From a virus (taxonomy: Duplodnaviria > Caudoviricetes): a stretch of 27,231 bases of DNA. The notes under the pieces are model-generated. The model did no database searches, was not told the origin of the DNA, and worked only from the letters and a program-made list of their open reading frames with translations. How positions within the stretch are numbered: the first letter of the stretch is position 1; each line of letters opens with the position of its first letter. The stretch covers positions 1 to 27,231 of IMG/VR virus record IMGVR_UViG_3300050195_000111; one strand, 5' to 3'. Shown piece by piece: positions 25,485-27,231 of the stretch. A program made the position numbers and the translations under genes.

Positions 25485-26105
25485 TCAAGCCCCAATATGC
25501 CGAATGCAGGCGTCAACTAGCCGCTGGAATGGCTTGTAGGTTTTATACATATCCTCACCCCTCCGCCAGTAACCAATCCCAACGGTCCCAGAGATGAATT
25601 TCATGCGCTCCAAATCTGCCCATCGGACGCCGCATCGTTTGGACAGTAAACAAACTGCCGCGATAAACTCGGCTTCATCCTCTGTCTTTTTCTTGCTTGT
25701 GACCTTGAATGTTTTTGGGATGTCAAAAATTTCGCGACACACGCTTATTAGGCGTTCGGTCTTCTGTTCATACATCCCAAATTCGATGTTTTGTTTGCGA
25801 GGCCGAGAGTATGTCTCGACAGTTTTATTGCCACCCGCTTTTTCTGCCACTGCCTTAGCATGACAGGTGCGACATTTGGCCACGCTTCCATTATAAAAAT
25901 GGATGTTTTCGTGTGTGCGAGGGTGGCCGCATGAAAACTCACTTTTGAAACGAGACTTTCCGTATTTTTCTTTCAGCACACGATTTATGTCGGATAGATC
26001 CAGCTTTTCGCGGAAATTGTTAAACACCTCCACGCTGATTTTGTTGGGGTCGCGCAGGTATGCAATGCGCTTGGCATAGGTGATCATTTCAGTGCGGGTA
26101 GCCAT
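25485..26105 (-). CDS. Hypothetical DNA-binding protein (zinc-finger-like motif plus helical C-terminal domain)
   Basis: CGHPRTHEN...CRTC; basic; more AT-rich than neighbours. Confidence 0.65.
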   Translation of the reverse strand: MATRTEMITYAKRIAYLRDPNKISVEVFNNFREKLDLSDINRVLKEKYGKSRFKSEFSCGHPRTHENIHFYNGSVAKCRTCHAKAVAEKAGGNKTVETYSRPRKQNIEFGMYEQKTERLISVCREIFDIPKTFKVTSKKKTEDEAEFIAAVCLLSKRCGVRWADLERMKFISGTVGIGYWRRGEDMYKTYKPFQRLVDACIRHIGA

Positions 26106-26107
26106 GG

Positions 26108-26329
26108 TTAGTCTTTCAGGATGGCAGGGCGGTTAGGGGCGGCAATGCCGTATTGGCGAAGGGTGCGCTGGGCGCGTTGATACCACCATCCTTGCTCACC
26201 AACGGAGAGGCGGGGGTAACGGTCTTCACCGTGGCGGACATGGCAAAGCTCGCGGGCGCAGCGCTCCACGAGGTCCACGCCTTTGATGCTTCTGGCTAGT
26301 TCTAGCCAGTCTGTGCGGGGTTTGATCAT
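26108..26329 (-). CDS. Hypothetical protein
   Basis: GGAGG RBS, ATGA overlap. Confidence 0.6.
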   Translation of the reverse strand: MIKPRTDWLELARSIKGVDLVERCARELCHVRHGEDRYPRLSVGEQGWWYQRAQRTLRQYGIAAPNRPAILKD

Positions 26330-26508
26330 GGCTTAGCCTCCACCGCCCTGCGAAGCTTGGCGAGGGTAAGCGGGCGGGGCGTTACCTCACCTTTCTCCCA
26401 CCGCCAGAATGTGGTTGCGTTTACGTCAGCGCGTTGCAGAAACTCCGCAAGGCTGATCAATCGTTCGGATGCTGCCACACGGACAGCTAGGGGGGTTAGG
26501 TCGGTCAT
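26326..26508 (-). CDS. Small XRE-family HTH protein
   Basis: ISLAEFLQRADVNATTFWRWEKGEVTPRPLTLAKL. Confidence 0.75.
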   Translation of the reverse strand: MTDLTPLAVRVAASERLISLAEFLQRADVNATTFWRWEKGEVTPRPLTLAKLRRAVEAKP

Positions 26509-26888
26509 TGGCTGGCCTTATGCTTGGCGAGAAAATCTTTGATCATGTCTTTAGGCTCGATATCGAGAAGCCAATAGCGCTCAAGTTTGGTCATGATCCC
26601 CACCGCCTCCACCAGCCTCTCCTTGGTGGCGGTGAGTTCGGTGCGGAGGGCGGCGTTTTCTTCTGCCACCTCCTTAGTAGTCATCGCTGGCATACCATTA
26701 TTAAATGCTCGAATAGCGTTGTTCACCGCCGCCAGTTTGCGGGTCAGGATTTCAATGGCGGAGGCGGCGTCACTCATGGTGGTCGCGGATGCGTCCTTGG
26801 TGATTTTGCCGATACTAGTGCTGGTGTCGTGGTAATTCACCTGCTTGCGCAACCGCTCCACCAGCCCGCTATAATCATTCCCACTCAT
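26505..26888 (-). CDS. Hypothetical coiled-coil protein
   Basis: Start re-called at ATG 26888 after GGAG; LVERLR...AASAIE.L pattern. Confidence 0.6.
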   Translation of the reverse strand: MSGNDYSGLVERLRKQVNYHDTSTSIGKITKDASATTMSDAASAIEILTRKLAAVNNAIRAFNNGMPAMTTKEVAEENAALRTELTATKERLVEAVGIMTKLERYWLLDIEPKDMIKDFLAKHKASQ

Positions 26889-27052
26889 TCCAAATCTCCA
26901 AATTGCAAACCCCAGCACATTGCCAAGGCGTTTTCCATGCCGCTTTGTCGCATTGCTTTTTTTTGCTGTCAATTGCTTTTTATGCTTGCGTTAAGCAAAA
27001 AGATGGGCGACAAGAGGTCAACGGCAACAAGCTGGAACGGAAGGAATTGAGC

Positions 27053-27231
27053 ATGAAGGAAGTCAACGGACACTTCGACATGGAATTCGAGCGCGGCGAT
27101 GACTGCTTTGAAGCGGTCGTTTATTACACCGCCGAACGCCATTGGAAGGACGAAGGCACTGAGATCACCATTAACTGTGCCGAGCGTGATGGCGTGGAAT
27201 TTGAACTGACCGATGCCGAACATGCCGCCGC
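27053..27231 (+). CDS. Hypothetical acidic protein (runs off right edge)
   Basis: GGAAGGA RBS then MKEVNGHFDMEFERGDD..., open to the window end. Confidence 0.6.
   Translation, partial: MKEVNGHFDMEFERGDDCFEAVVYYTAERHWKDEGTEITINCAERDGVEFELTDAEHAA

Noticed and set aside
26969-27223. 84-aa minus ORF at the right end
   Set aside because: The plus-strand ORF from 27053 has the RBS and shared leader motif, so the minus ORF is its shadow.

Overview
This is a 27-kb segment of a tailed dsDNA phage or prophage with a contractile (myovirus-type) tail. The host is probably an alphaproteobacterium, based on a GapR/DUF2312 homologue. Minus strand, right to left: Cro-like regulator, GapR, DUF1064 nuclease, DnaB, two HTH replication genes with an internal iteron origin, small accessory genes, TerS, TerL, portal, head morphogenesis protein, prohead protease/scaffold, decoration protein, major capsid, neck genes, sheath, tube, tail chaperone and a partial tape measure. 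A plus-strand recombination operon carries ERF, SSB, a Ref-like HNH and NinB. The standout observation is a 329-aa intein in the head morphogenesis protein with no recognisable in-frame endonuclease. Its opposite strand instead carries a ~303-aa ORF with its own RBS, two HTH-like segments and a DUF559/Vsr-like nuclease pattern, suggesting an intein whose homing endonuclease is encoded antisense. Other candidates are an antisense RNA plus leader peptide upstream of the replication genes, a pseudoknot-capable leader on a free-standing GIY-YIG endonuclease, a structured 300-nt intergenic region, a -1 frameshift, a nested scaffold gene and leaderless promoters. All family assignments come from motif recognition by eye; no searches were run.
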